A stretch of 64,000 nucleotides of DNA from an uncultured Bdellovibrio sp. (GTDB lineage Bacteria > Bdellovibrionota > Bdellovibrionia > Bdellovibrionales > Bdellovibrionaceae), in contig CAWVRN010000003.1 in NCBI GenBank assembly GCA_963932905.1, forward strand, positions 160,001 through 224,000. The letters run 5' to 3'. The position numbers and the translations under genes were made by a program. Shown here in pieces: positions 11,019 to 20,632 of this stretch (positions are counted from its first letter, which is position 1; each line of letters starts with the position of its first letter). The notes under the pieces were generated by a model. It did not search any database. It saw only the letters and a program-made list of their open reading frames with translations, and was not told the DNA's origin.

Positions 11019-11405
11019 ATGATTCTGGTAAAATTTAAAAACCTAGAAAAGTCCGAAATGGCCCGAAACGCCGTTCACGACAGAATTGAAGACCTTGTCG
11101 AAAAATTCTCCGATCTGAAAGAGAGCAAAATTCATGTGACACTGGATATGCAAAACTCACCAGTTCAGGTCGGTCCGGATCTGTTTAAAGTCAAACTTCA
11201 CGTATATCAAGGTCGCTTTGATGGTGTTACAGTTGAAAAATCAAATTCCAATTTGTACGTAGCTTTGGCCGATGTGGTGGACCACATGCTAGAGGTTCTA
11301 AATCGATACGGTGACCGGCAACGCACGAAAGAAAGAAAAAAGGCCAGAGCACTGACCAAATACAAAGAATTTGACCCCCAAATTGAAAGTGAAAAACGTG
11401 AATGA
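11019..11405 (+). CDS. HPF/RaiA-family ribosome-associated protein
   Basis: 'VKFKNLEKSE', 'NLYVALADVVDHM'; size typical of HPF. Confidence 0.75.
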   Translation: MILVKFKNLEKSEMARNAVHDRIEDLVEKFSDLKESKIHVTLDMQNSPVQVGPDLFKVKLHVYQGRFDGVTVEKSNSNLYVALADVVDHMLEVLNRYGDRQRTKERKKARALTKYKEFDPQIESEKRE

Positions 11406-12346
11406 CCCATTTCGCTGGTTTCGATTTTATTATTCTTTTCTTTGTTCTGGGAGGCTTTGCCTCCTGGATCAATTCAGACCTAGAAATTCCAGAACCTATA
11501 TCTAAATTTTTGTCGATATTTTTACTACTGGCATTGGGTTTAAAGGGCGGACATGAAGTGCAAAGCGCTGACAATCTGACCGGCTTCACAACTACGCTGT
11601 CGCTGGGAATTGTTTCGTGTGTCGCTCTACCCATAGTTATGTTCTATTTACTGAAAAACAAACTTAGCATCGGAAATGCAGCGGCCATTTCGGCATCATA
11701 CGGTTCCGTCAGCGCCGTCACTTTTATAACGGCCCAAGGCCTACTAACCAACAAAGGTATGATTTTTAGCGGGTTTATGGTAGCGATCATGGCCTTAATG
11801 GAGATTCCCGGGATTCTGATTGGCGCCTATCTTTATAAAAAACATACCAAGAGCCTGGCTTTTGGAAAATCAATTTTTTTAAATATCTTGTCAGCAAAAT
11901 CAGTGATTCTTTTACTGGGCGGTTTCATCATCGGCTTGCTTATGAATGATAAAACTTGGCTGGGTGTCTCCCCTATGTTTCAGGATTTATTCAAGGGTGC
12001 ACTTGCTTTTTTCCTGCTCGACTTAGGCATCGCAGCTCAACGACGTATTCGCGAAGCCTGGACATTTAAAAGGGTTATCCTACCCATAGCAATACTCTTC
12101 CCATTATTTTGGGGAACGGTGTTTTTATTATTGGGCCATGCAGCCGGAGTCGCTCAGGGAGATCTCGTTCTACTGGGCACCTTGGTTGGCAGCGCTTCGT
12201 ACATTGCCGCCCCAGCAGCTATGAGATCGCTGATTGTCGACTCTAACCCTAGCCTCTATTTAGCTTTGCCACTGGCTCTGACATTCCCATTTAATTTAGC
12301 TGTGGGCATACCTTTCTATATTGAGTTAAGCAGTTGGCTAGCTTGA
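11402..12346 (+). CDS. sbtA: SbtA-family sodium-dependent bicarbonate permease
   Basis: 'SDLEIP', 'GLKGG', 'YGSVSAVTF', 'ASYIAAPAAMR', 'TFPFN..VGIPFY'. Confidence 0.85.
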   Translation: MTHFAGFDFIILFFVLGGFASWINSDLEIPEPISKFLSIFLLLALGLKGGHEVQSADNLTGFTTTLSLGIVSCVALPIVMFYLLKNKLSIGNAAAISASYGSVSAVTFITAQGLLTNKGMIFSGFMVAIMALMEIPGILIGAYLYKKHTKSLAFGKSIFLNILSAKSVILLLGGFIIGLLMNDKTWLGVSPMFQDLFKGALAFFLLDLGIAAQRRIREAWTFKRVILPIAILFPLFWGTVFLLLGHAAGVAQGDLVLLGTLVGSASYIAAPAAMRSLIVDSNPSLYLALPLALTFPFNLAVGIPFYIELSSWLA

Positions 12347-12595
12347 AAATTTTAATTACAAGAGTCAGGTCTAAAATTGATATTATTTTTGCTAATTTAA
12401 CAATTTGTGGAATCAATTGGACCTGAAACAGTGATATCTTCCGTCTTAAGGAAGTGCAGTACCGGAACGAAAACCATTACAACCGTTCTCCCTATTTTGT
12501 CACTACTGCCGACGTCCCTGTAAAGTGTCACTGAAGTAACTGTGGGTAGCCTCTCTGGCAACGTATAACGGCATACCTATTGTAAATTTGAAGAT

Positions 12596-15500
12596 ATGCG
12601 CCTAGGTCTTTTTATTCCTCTATGTATCCTAATTATTTTCGCTTTTAAATCCTCCTACGCGCTTGCGGATGATGTCTCAAAAAAAGACAATCTCTATGAT
12701 CAAGTTGGTGAACTTCTTCAAAACGATTCTTACTTCCGCGCCGGCTGGACTTCATTATTAGAAAGCCTGAAAGCTAATTCCATTTCTGAAATCATCAGCT
12801 ACAATGGTGGTCTAGCAACCGAAAACCTGGAACTGGCCGCACAATGGAATCGCGAGCTATACAAAATTTACGATGAATTGATCGTTGGTTTTGAAGATAA
12901 AATGCAAGGTCGCAGGCCGCTGATCCTGATTTCTGACGGCCCTAGTACTTCCATCGAAGTTGGGAAAATACACACTCAAAACATAATCGACGGTATTGCC
13001 AAACGGCTGAAACTTTCTACCCAAAGTCTTTACGTGATTGTCGTGTCAACCCGTACGCTGAATGAATTTGGTTCCGTTCGCGATCAAATCGCCGGGCAAT
13101 TGGCGCATGAACTGACTCACATCAAAAATGGTGACCTAGATAAATCCGGTGCAAGTGGCTTTATCAGTCGTGCCCACTCTAAAGGAAACGAAACCGCTGC
13201 CGATCTGGGCGCCATTGAATTCTGCAAGGGGAAATTTTCTTTGCGTAGCCTGATCAACAATTTTTCAAGGCTTCAGGTGGTTCATTCAAATAAAAACAAA
13301 CCATCGATAGTCAGTACTTTAACTCGAGCCCATCCCGCCGATGAAGTAAGGCAAAATTCGTCCGCCCTTTCTGCCATTGATTTATTAATGATGTATCCTC
13401 AGTACGATATCGCTGAAACCAAATTGAAAATTCCGCATTTCGGGTTGTATTCAAAAATCGACTACGCTAGTGCGGTCGAGCGCGCCCAAATAGTTCAAAT
13501 ACTTTTGTCGTCAAGTCATAAATTAAATGAATCTGAATTTATGAAATTAAAAATCTCCGTTCGCAAACTGACACCGCATGAATCCGTAGAAATCCAAAAC
13601 GAAGTTTTAGATCGCGTAATGTCGCAACCATCAAAGGACATTTCTCTTAACGCTAGCACCGTTACCGATCTTTTAAAATTACCCAACAAGTTAGCAGAAA
13701 TCGACCTACAAAATACTTTAACCGACTCTACGTTTGTTCGTTGGTTTGATCAGGTAGGAAAATTCATAAACGAGATCAATCTGGACATGCTTTCTTCAAA
13801 AGAAAGAGAGTCGTTGTTTAAACTTGTCCTGAAACCAGAAAACACCGACTACCTTATTCGTCACAGACAAGATGGGTCGGTAAAACAATTTTTTGAAAAT
13901 GTTTTAGTTCCCATTTTCAAAGACACCGGAATGTGGGCCGTTTTTTTTGATAGTCCGCTATCGCTTGAATTAATTCGCCACCTAAAGCAATCATCACTGC
14001 CCGTTACCGAACACGAAGTCGTCAATCTAGAATCGATAACTCGACGACATTATACCTATTTTCAAAACCTACCGGGATCCCAATCTGTGTACTGGTATTA
14101 CCAACAAGCCAAAAAAACCTATTACAGCCAGGTCAGTATCAACGCAACAAATTTAGGCAAAGACTTCGTCATCGATAGCATTTTAGAAACTCTACAGACC
14201 AAGGAACTCAAAGGTTTAGAAACCAAATTCCCCAAAACTATATCATTTGAAAATTATAAAAAAAAAGATGACGTCAAAAAACTCGTTCTCAGCCTGAGTC
14301 AAAATTTCGATTGGCAAATTGAATTTATTCAAAGGTTATCTTCACGTATCCCGCCATATTCTATTTTCCATAACGGGTTCGCGGGTGATTTTGATTTAAA
14401 TGACGAAATAAAAAAAATATTCTATCGAACTCTGGCGTCTGAAAGGACAACCACGGAACAAAAAATATTAATTTTTAAGTTGTTACTAAAATCTAATATT
14501 CACTTTGATGGCAAAGGAATGAATTTCCTTAGCTCGGCCTACAAACAGTTTACTCCAGACCAACGACGCAGTTTGTTCTACCCAAAAGAATTGCTAGCAT
14601 TGACGGATGACGACTTTAGTAAAATCCAACAAAAAGAGCATTCCGGCCACGAGCACAATAGTATATTGTTTCGGTCCGGTTCCTACTACGTTGAGCTTGT
14701 AGAGCTTTTTTACAAACGTGGCCTAGAGTTTCCTTTAACTGGCAAGGAACTAAGTCAGCTAATCAAATTTTTCGAAGCCACTGGACAGCACTATACGCTA
14801 AACACAAAGAGTCACGTCGTTAAATATTTAGTTTCTGAATTAATTAAGCATAAATCTGAAGTCCCATTCGAAGAATTTGCAAAAAGCTTTCAGATTCTTT
14901 TGAACCGTGTAGCCTACCCGGCTTCAAGGCCAGCGGTCCAACATGTCTTCCCCCATCAACTAGATGAATTTTCAAATGCATTTAAAGAATCGCTTCAACA
15001 AACAGGAACGTGGGATTTACGAACAGTGGCTAAATTTGCAGACCACAATGCCATGTTCCTTAACCTTTCCACCGCTTCGGTAGCCGAACTAATGGAAAAA
15101 CATTTCGAGCAAATCTTAGCGATCGAAAATCGTGACTATAAGCTATCATCCGCTCAAAACATGTTTAAAGAATTTCGAAAAACCTACTACCTGCATGTTA
15201 GTCATCGAACGGCGTACTTAAATCTGTTTGAAAAATCGTTGGCATTGATGCAGGTGACTCCAGCTGAGTATAAAAGTTTCAGATCCAACGCGTTGGATGT
15301 CGATGGTCTTAGTTTGGATCGTCCAAGTATTTTGGATAAAATGCTAGTTGATTTTGGTGATGGCATTATCGAATGGACAATGAACCAAGAGCCTAAAAAT
15401 CAACTAGAGTTTATTGACTATATAATGAACTCAGAAAAACCCTTGCCTGGATGGGTCACAGAGGAAACACAAAAAAAATCCCGAAATGGCGAAATTGCAG

Positions 15501-17128
15501 AATACGTATCAGATGTGCTAGAGAAAGTTGAAAATCTGAAAAGCATCTATCTTCGATCAGATCCCGTTATGCAATCGGCAGTGATCAGCTATTTCCTTAC
15601 GAATAGTCGTCGGGGACTTTTACAGTCGACCACTCATGAGGATATTCTATTGAAGCGGTTAACCAAAGGTATGTCGCCCAATCAAACTGAAATGGTAATG
15701 GCATTCTATCGCGCGATGAAAAAAACAGAACCAAATTTCTACACCCACATGCTGTCACGGGCTGTTGTCCTGAAGAATCAAAATCGCGGAAAATCCACCG
15801 ACCCTTCTCCGCTTTTAGTACCGGTAGTAGAGTATTTTGATGTCCCAGGAATTAAGCTTGCGCAACTGTCGCATTTCGGGTTTGACGGGGCCGAGAAAAT
15901 GGAAGGCTTTGAAAAATTTTACGAATCGGCGGTAGTTCTTTCTAATTCGCAAATACTGGATCACATCGCCGAACTCTATGGTGATCGTTTTCCTGCTCAG
16001 TGGAGATTTATTAAACCGCTTGGTTTTGGTTCTGCCAATTATGCTGTTTTAATCTATGATGAAAATGAAAAACGCGAATTTGTTTTAAATATTCCAAGGA
16101 AAAATATTGCCGCAATATCCAGTCAAAAGTTTACGCACTTTCAAACGTTTTTGAATCATTTAAATAGTGAGCTTCAGGGTAAAGGAGAAGTTATAGAACT
16201 TTTGGGCGGTCTATCTAAATTCCTTAAGAGGTCCATGGAACTAGAATTCGATCGCGCCCGTGTATTCCAAAGAACCAAGCAAGCTTCAAATATATATCGA
16301 GGAAGGGCAAAAGGTTGGAAGTTCGTTCCGGTCCAGGTCGGTAACGTCGATGCAAACGGAGTCATCAGTATGAGTCGCGCTCAAGGCGAATCGTTGGCCA
16401 GTTTAGAAAAATCCAATCCAAAACTATTTCGAAAAAGCTCTGAAGCGATTGCCGATTTCTTGGGTGATCGACTATTAAATCAAAACGAGACCGTTCGCCT
16501 AAATACCAATGGCGACTGGCACCCGGGGCAATTTTTTGTTGATCGAACTACGTCACAATTTTCCATTTTAGATTTTGGACAAGAGTCAGAAATGACCGAA
16601 AACGAACTTATCTTCGCCAAAGACCTATTGACGATTCTTTCCGCCGATGAATTTGCAAAACATACCAATTTCGATCGCGACCAGGCGTTTGCACTATTAC
16701 AAAAAAGCCTTTCCGAACACATGGGAGTTACACTTTCTGCAAAAAGATTAGATGGCTTCACACACGCTATGGATCGCTCGACATCCATGTCACGTTTTAT
16801 TTACCTAGTTAGTTATCTGGAAAATCAAGGCATCCAAGTCCCGGTCACATCAGGGCACTGGATCAAAGAAGTAAATGCCATCCTAAATTTTGAACGCGAA
16901 GCGGGCGTGAAAAACAGATTCTCTGACAAATTAAAAACAGAACTTTTTAATCACCTACGGTCCCGCCGTCCCGATGTGAAAATCAAACTAAACTCCATCT
17001 GGGGCGACCGTATGGCTAGAATGAAATCGTTATTTACTCAGGCGAAACAAAAAACAGTATCCCTGTTTAGAAAACAAAAAGAAGCACCGACCGATGAATC
17101 TAATGCCTGTCTAAAATTTTACAAATGA
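12596..17128 (+). CDS. Large secreted protein: N-terminal M48-like metallopeptidase, C-terminal AarF/UbiB (ABC1)-like kinase domain
   Basis: 'LAHELTH...NETAADL...HPADEVR'; 'IKLAQL', 'LGFGSAN', 'ELEFDR', 'NGDWHPGQF', 'ILDFGQ'. Confidence 0.7.
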   Translation: MRLGLFIPLCILIIFAFKSSYALADDVSKKDNLYDQVGELLQNDSYFRAGWTSLLESLKANSISEIISYNGGLATENLELAAQWNRELYKIYDELIVGFEDKMQGRRPLILISDGPSTSIEVGKIHTQNIIDGIAKRLKLSTQSLYVIVVSTRTLNEFGSVRDQIAGQLAHELTHIKNGDLDKSGASGFISRAHSKGNETAADLGAIEFCKGKFSLRSLINNFSRLQVVHSNKNKPSIVSTLTRAHPADEVRQNSSALSAIDLLMMYPQYDIAETKLKIPHFGLYSKIDYASAVERAQIVQILLSSSHKLNESEFMKLKISVRKLTPHESVEIQNEVLDRVMSQPSKDISLNASTVTDLLKLPNKLAEIDLQNTLTDSTFVRWFDQVGKFINEINLDMLSSKERESLFKLVLKPENTDYLIRHRQDGSVKQFFENVLVPIFKDTGMWAVFFDSPLSLELIRHLKQSSLPVTEHEVVNLESITRRHYTYFQNLPGSQSVYWYYQQAKKTYYSQVSINATNLGKDFVIDSILETLQTKELKGLETKFPKTISFENYKKKDDVKKLVLSLSQNFDWQIEFIQRLSSRIPPYSIFHNGFAGDFDLNDEIKKIFYRTLASERTTTEQKILIFKLLLKSNIHFDGKGMNFLSSAYKQFTPDQRRSLFYPKELLALTDDDFSKIQQKEHSGHEHNSILFRSGSYYVELVELFYKRGLEFPLTGKELSQLIKFFEATGQHYTLNTKSHVVKYLVSELIKHKSEVPFEEFAKSFQILLNRVAYPASRPAVQHVFPHQLDEFSNAFKESLQQTGTWDLRTVAKFADHNAMFLNLSTASVAELMEKHFEQILAIENRDYKLSSAQNMFKEFRKTYYLHVSHRTAYLNLFEKSLALMQVTPAEYKSFRSNALDVDGLSLDRPSILDKMLVDFGDGIIEWTMNQEPKNQLEFIDYIMNSEKPLPGWVTEETQKKSRNGEIAEYVSDVLEKVENLKSIYLRSDPVMQSAVISYFLTNSRRGLLQSTTHEDILLKRLTKGMSPNQTEMVMAFYRAMKKTEPNFYTHMLSRAVVLKNQNRGKSTDPSPLLVPVVEYFDVPGIKLAQLSHFGFDGAEKMEGFEKFYESAVVLSNSQILDHIAELYGDRFPAQWRFIKPLGFGSANYAVLIYDENEKREFVLNIPRKNIAAISSQKFTHFQTFLNHLNSELQGKGEVIELLGGLSKFLKRSMELEFDRARVFQRTKQASNIYRGRAKGWKFVPVQVGNVDANGVISMSRAQGESLASLEKSNPKLFRKSSEAIADFLGDRLLNQNETVRLNTNGDWHPGQFFVDRTTSQFSILDFGQESEMTENELIFAKDLLTILSADEFAKHTNFDRDQAFALLQKSLSEHMGVTLSAKRLDGFTHAMDRSTSMSRFIYLVSYLENQGIQVPVTSGHWIKEVNAILNFEREAGVKNRFSDKLKTELFNHLRSRRPDVKIKLNSIWGDRMARMKSLFTQAKQKTVSLFRKQKEAPTDESNACLKFYK

Positions 17129-17389
17129 TATTATAGCGAGAAAAACCCTATTTTAGAGCGATGATACCGCAGTCCATGGACCAGATCCTAAACACAGAAT
17201 GATTTCTTCGGCCTAAATATTTTTAGACGATTTTCCCGTAGAAGGAAAAATGGCGCGATATGCGCTAAAATCGACGGCGCCGGGAAACCATGTCGCCCTG
17301 CCAAGACCAAACCAGGAAACTATTTCCGAATGTTTGTAAAATCCAAATATTCCGTTGCTTCAGGATACTTTCGCCCTTAGAAGTGTCCT

Positions 17390-17740
17390 ATGCATAATTT
17401 AACTAAAGAACAGATCATGGTCATTTCAGATTCTATGCGCCAAGAAAACGGCGCTACTCACGAAGAAGTTTCAAATTTATTGAAACGTGCAATGACCGTA
17501 GGGGATTTAAAAAAACTACTAACTACCGTTGACGATTCTCTTCCCGTTGAACTTGAAGTCATTATGGAAATTTCTGAAGATGGACAGTGCACGGCTCAGC
17601 CTGGTCTAGCGATTCATCATTATCAAGTTCAAAGTGGGGATGATGGGTACCCTCGATTAACTTTAGTCGGCGCTCAACCGCAAAACGTCGAGTTGTACGC
17701 AGAGGCCTTTGAGTTAGATCTTCCAGTGCAACCCAACTAA
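17390..17740 (+). CDS. Hypothetical protein
   Basis: 116-aa ORF with 'MTVGDLKKLL..VDDSLPV' motif. Confidence 0.6.
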   Translation: MHNLTKEQIMVISDSMRQENGATHEEVSNLLKRAMTVGDLKKLLTTVDDSLPVELEVIMEISEDGQCTAQPGLAIHHYQVQSGDDGYPRLTLVGAQPQNVELYAEAFELDLPVQPN

Positions 17741-17750
17741 ATTAGAGTCA

Positions 17751-17927
17751 ATGAAAACCCAAGAACCAAATCCAATACTTCAACTCTTAAAGCAAAAAGA
17801 AGCGACTCAAAAGGCCGCTAAGAATTTTGGTTTCTTCGGTAAATCAAAACCCAGCGCATTTTCACGGCCCAGCAATTCCAGCCGACCAACACATCGTGGT
17901 GGCCGCAATGGTCACGGCAAACCGTAG
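17751..17927 (+). CDS. Small basic hypothetical protein (58 aa, not in ORF track)
   Basis: MKTQEPNPILQLLKQKEATQ...HRGGRNGHGKP*, directly downstream of the 17390 gene. Confidence 0.45.
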   Translation: MKTQEPNPILQLLKQKEATQKAAKNFGFFGKSKPSAFSRPSNSSRPTHRGGRNGHGKP

Positions 17928-17964
17928 ATCGCTACCATTGGTGGTTCTGTTTTAATTGAGCGTT

Positions 17965-18090
17965 CTACCAGAGACTGGACGATATTGCCAGAAATGGGCC
18001 GATCCCGAGTCTATGCATTCAATCCAAAATCACCTCTCTTAAAACCAGTGAAAGAACCAAAGTGGAAAACCGCCACTGAAGAACAAATAG
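17965..18090 (+). pseudogene. Multiply deleted relic of the HTH/nucleotidyltransferase segment at 21746-22190
   Basis: Three blocks match ~21746-21768, ~21985-22051 and ~22147-22185 in order. Confidence 0.8.
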
Positions 18091-18097
18091 GTTGGAC

Positions 18098-19327
18098 TCA
18101 ATTTGAGTAAATTAAGTCTGAGTACACATAACCGTCCAATTCAGCAGTCAATATTGGAAAATCCTTGTTCGTAATGGTAACAACGATATGACGATTTACA
18201 TTTGTTTTTGGGTCATGAAAATAGGTTTCAAATTGCACCGATGTTTCAAGCATACCAAAATCCTTCGACGAAAGAACCCCATGCCTATCCATAAAAACTC
18301 TTTGCTCCGCGGGAAGAACCAATTTTAAAATAGGTTCCCACTTAATGTCTCGTTGGCCATTTTTACGTTCTACCAACTGAACTTTTTGCCTATCACCCGA
18401 CTTAGAAACAAAATCCAAATCTAAAACGTACTGACCATCTTGCATTGAATATTCGTAGTAGGCACAAAGAGGATTAATAGTTAGATGAAAGAACTTCTTT
18501 AATCGTATTTCAGCAGGACTCCATGAACCAGGCTTAACTGCATAATTTGGACTATTCGGGTTTACAATACTGAACCAGCACGTTCCACTTCGCTTGGAAC
18601 TCGTATCCTGATTATAAGAAGCTCTCACCTTAAAAAGATCGGCCAAATAGAAATCGCTGCGGACCTTATCAAGAGTATAGTGCTGCCAAAAATTATTAGT
18701 CGTAACAAACCTTACATAAGAATCACGCATTAATGGAATTCGATCAGAATGAGAAAGTCCAAACACATGACCAAGTTCGTGCACAACCGTCAATTGCGTC
18801 GTCCAGCCATCAAATTCGCTCCATGTCTTTGGCCACATTAACTCTGGATCCAAGGCCAAAGGACCGCGTTCAGGAGCTAAATAAATAAAACCTTTACCAC
18901 GAAGGTGTACTCGGTCGTAATCCGTCCTGACGGCCATCGCAATTTTTTTATCAATTCCGGAAAGGTTTTGAAGCTGCTCCAAACTTAAAACACCAAATTG
19001 AAAACGAAGATCAGTTGATGGAGCGCAGTCTTCGTAAGTAAACACCTGTTTACCAACTGGGAAGTCGGCATCTGCATAGTAGGACTCTGCGAACTGCCTA
19101 GTCCAAAATTTAAGAGCTCTTTCAACAATCATTTCTAGTTGTGGTTTTTTAAGGCTAAAGTTAGTTTCGTCAACTTGAATGCAGTAACGGACATTCTTGT
19201 TATTGTTTAAAAACCAAGGGTTATCGGTATCACTCTGGATTTGACCACCGCCTACGACCCAACCGCCCGCGTAGGAATAGCATGATCCAAACAACATACA
19301 AAGGATAAATAAATTTGTAAGTTTCAT
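18098..19327 (-). CDS. Secreted zinc metalloprotease (matrixin/metzincin-like)
   Basis: Signal peptide; HELGHVFGLSH followed by Met-turn 'PLM'. Confidence 0.8.
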   Translation of the reverse strand: MKLTNLFILCMLFGSCYSYAGGWVVGGGQIQSDTDNPWFLNNNKNVRYCIQVDETNFSLKKPQLEMIVERALKFWTRQFAESYYADADFPVGKQVFTYEDCAPSTDLRFQFGVLSLEQLQNLSGIDKKIAMAVRTDYDRVHLRGKGFIYLAPERGPLALDPELMWPKTWSEFDGWTTQLTVVHELGHVFGLSHSDRIPLMRDSYVRFVTTNNFWQHYTLDKVRSDFYLADLFKVRASYNQDTSSKRSGTCWFSIVNPNSPNYAVKPGSWSPAEIRLKKFFHLTINPLCAYYEYSMQDGQYVLDLDFVSKSGDRQKVQLVERKNGQRDIKWEPILKLVLPAEQRVFMDRHGVLSSKDFGMLETSVQFETYFHDPKTNVNRHIVVTITNKDFPILTAELDGYVYSDLIYSN

Positions 19328-19475
19328 TTCTCGAACTCCTCTCTATTTTTCTACCTAAATTAGAACAGCATGGTGTTTCTACTGTTATATGGAGACTTGA
19401 TTAAGTAAATTATTTAGTTAATAATTTTAATTAAATTGGTTAACTTTTTATTAACATCATATCACCCAGGATACT

Positions 19476-20288
19476 ATGAGCGTGTTTGAAATTTCAAGCT
19501 ATAAAGACATCATTAAATATAAAGTCGGATTACTAAAAAAAGTAAACTTTAAATACACTTTTGATTCACTCGCCAAGGCCATTGATGTCCATAAACCTTA
19601 TTTATCGCGTGTCTTGAATCAAAAAGGGGACCTCAGCAGCGATCAAATTTATAAGTGTTCACGCTACCTAAAATTTAGCGATCTAGAGAAACAGTATTTC
19701 GCCTTAGTATACGAAGAAAACATCTCTACTTTGCCCGACAGAAAGTCCATGCTTACAAATGAAATGGATAAGATCCGCAGGAAAGCACTTAAAAGCGATG
19801 TTCTTTATCCTGAAACACCTCAAGATATCGAACGACCAGAAAATTATTTTTTAGATCCTTATCATGCCTTGGTACATATGCATTTACTTATCCCAAAGTA
19901 CAAGAACAATACCGACCTAATTGCTGCAAAACTAAATTTATCAAAGCCTAAAGTGAACGAATACGTAGAAGCTCTACATGACATGCAAATCATTAATAAA
20001 ACTGGCAGCGAAATCAAAATCATGAAGGAGTTTGTTCGTCTGCCCGATAGCTCTCACTTAATGACCTCGTTCAGAAATCTATCAAAATTGAAAGCCCTTG
20101 AAAAAATCACTCAACTCCCGAACGAGGACTATCTCTCTATGCACGTTTTCTTTGTGGCCGATAACTCCGGAAAACAGAAAATCCAGAAATTATTTTTAGA
20201 TTTCCTTAACGAAGCTAAAAAAATAGCAGACAAATCAAAGTGTGAAGACGTTTATCAATTGAATTTTGACTTGTTGAAATGGAGCTAA
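19476..20288 (+). CDS. TIGR02147/DUF4423-like HTH protein
   Basis: 'SVFEISSYK', N-terminal HTH 'YLSRVLN', C-terminal 'VYQLNFDL..W'. Confidence 0.75.
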   Translation: MSVFEISSYKDIIKYKVGLLKKVNFKYTFDSLAKAIDVHKPYLSRVLNQKGDLSSDQIYKCSRYLKFSDLEKQYFALVYEENISTLPDRKSMLTNEMDKIRRKALKSDVLYPETPQDIERPENYFLDPYHALVHMHLLIPKYKNNTDLIAAKLNLSKPKVNEYVEALHDMQIINKTGSEIKIMKEFVRLPDSSHLMTSFRNLSKLKALEKITQLPNEDYLSMHVFFVADNSGKQKIQKLFLDFLNEAKKIADKSKCEDVYQLNFDLLKWS

Positions 20289-20293
20289 GCAGC

Positions 20294-20324
20294 ACCTCTT
20301 CCACGTCAAGGAAGTGGGCTACCA
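20294..20324 (-). repeat. tRNA-Val(GAC) fragment (D-loop through anticodon arm)
   Basis: Reverse complement TGGTAGCCCACTTCC-TTGACGT-GGAAGAGGT. Confidence 0.75.
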
Positions 20325-20407
20325 AATAGCGCCCTTTGCAATTAAAACCATTTTGAGCTTATAAAATCTAAAGTCCTCCGTTGTAGATTCTGTCTTTTTG
20401 TCATAAT

Positions 20408-20632
20408 ATGGCAGAAAGCGATACTAAGGTTTGTATGGAAGTATATATAAAAGAATCTCTAAATTCAGTTTTAGCAAATACGGATCACGACTTAATTGAC
20501 TTTAATCTTTCGCTTTCTTATGAAGAACGACTGTTAAATCATCAGCGCTCACTAGACACAATAAACGAATTACTAAAGGCACGAGTACAAATTTATGGAG
20601 AATCTGAATCTTCTACTCAAACGCCTTCTTGA
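20408..20632 (+). CDS. Small protein, probable antitoxin partner of the downstream nucleotidyltransferase
   Basis: 'DLIDFNLSLSYEERL..H' pattern; overlaps the next gene. Confidence 0.6.
   Translation: MAESDTKVCMEVYIKESLNSVLANTDHDLIDFNLSLSYEERLLNHQRSLDTINELLKARVQIYGESESSTQTPS

Noticed and set aside
17930..17937. Isolated CGCTACCA as another junction
   Set aside because: A match this short is expected by chance and has no flanking tRNA similarity.
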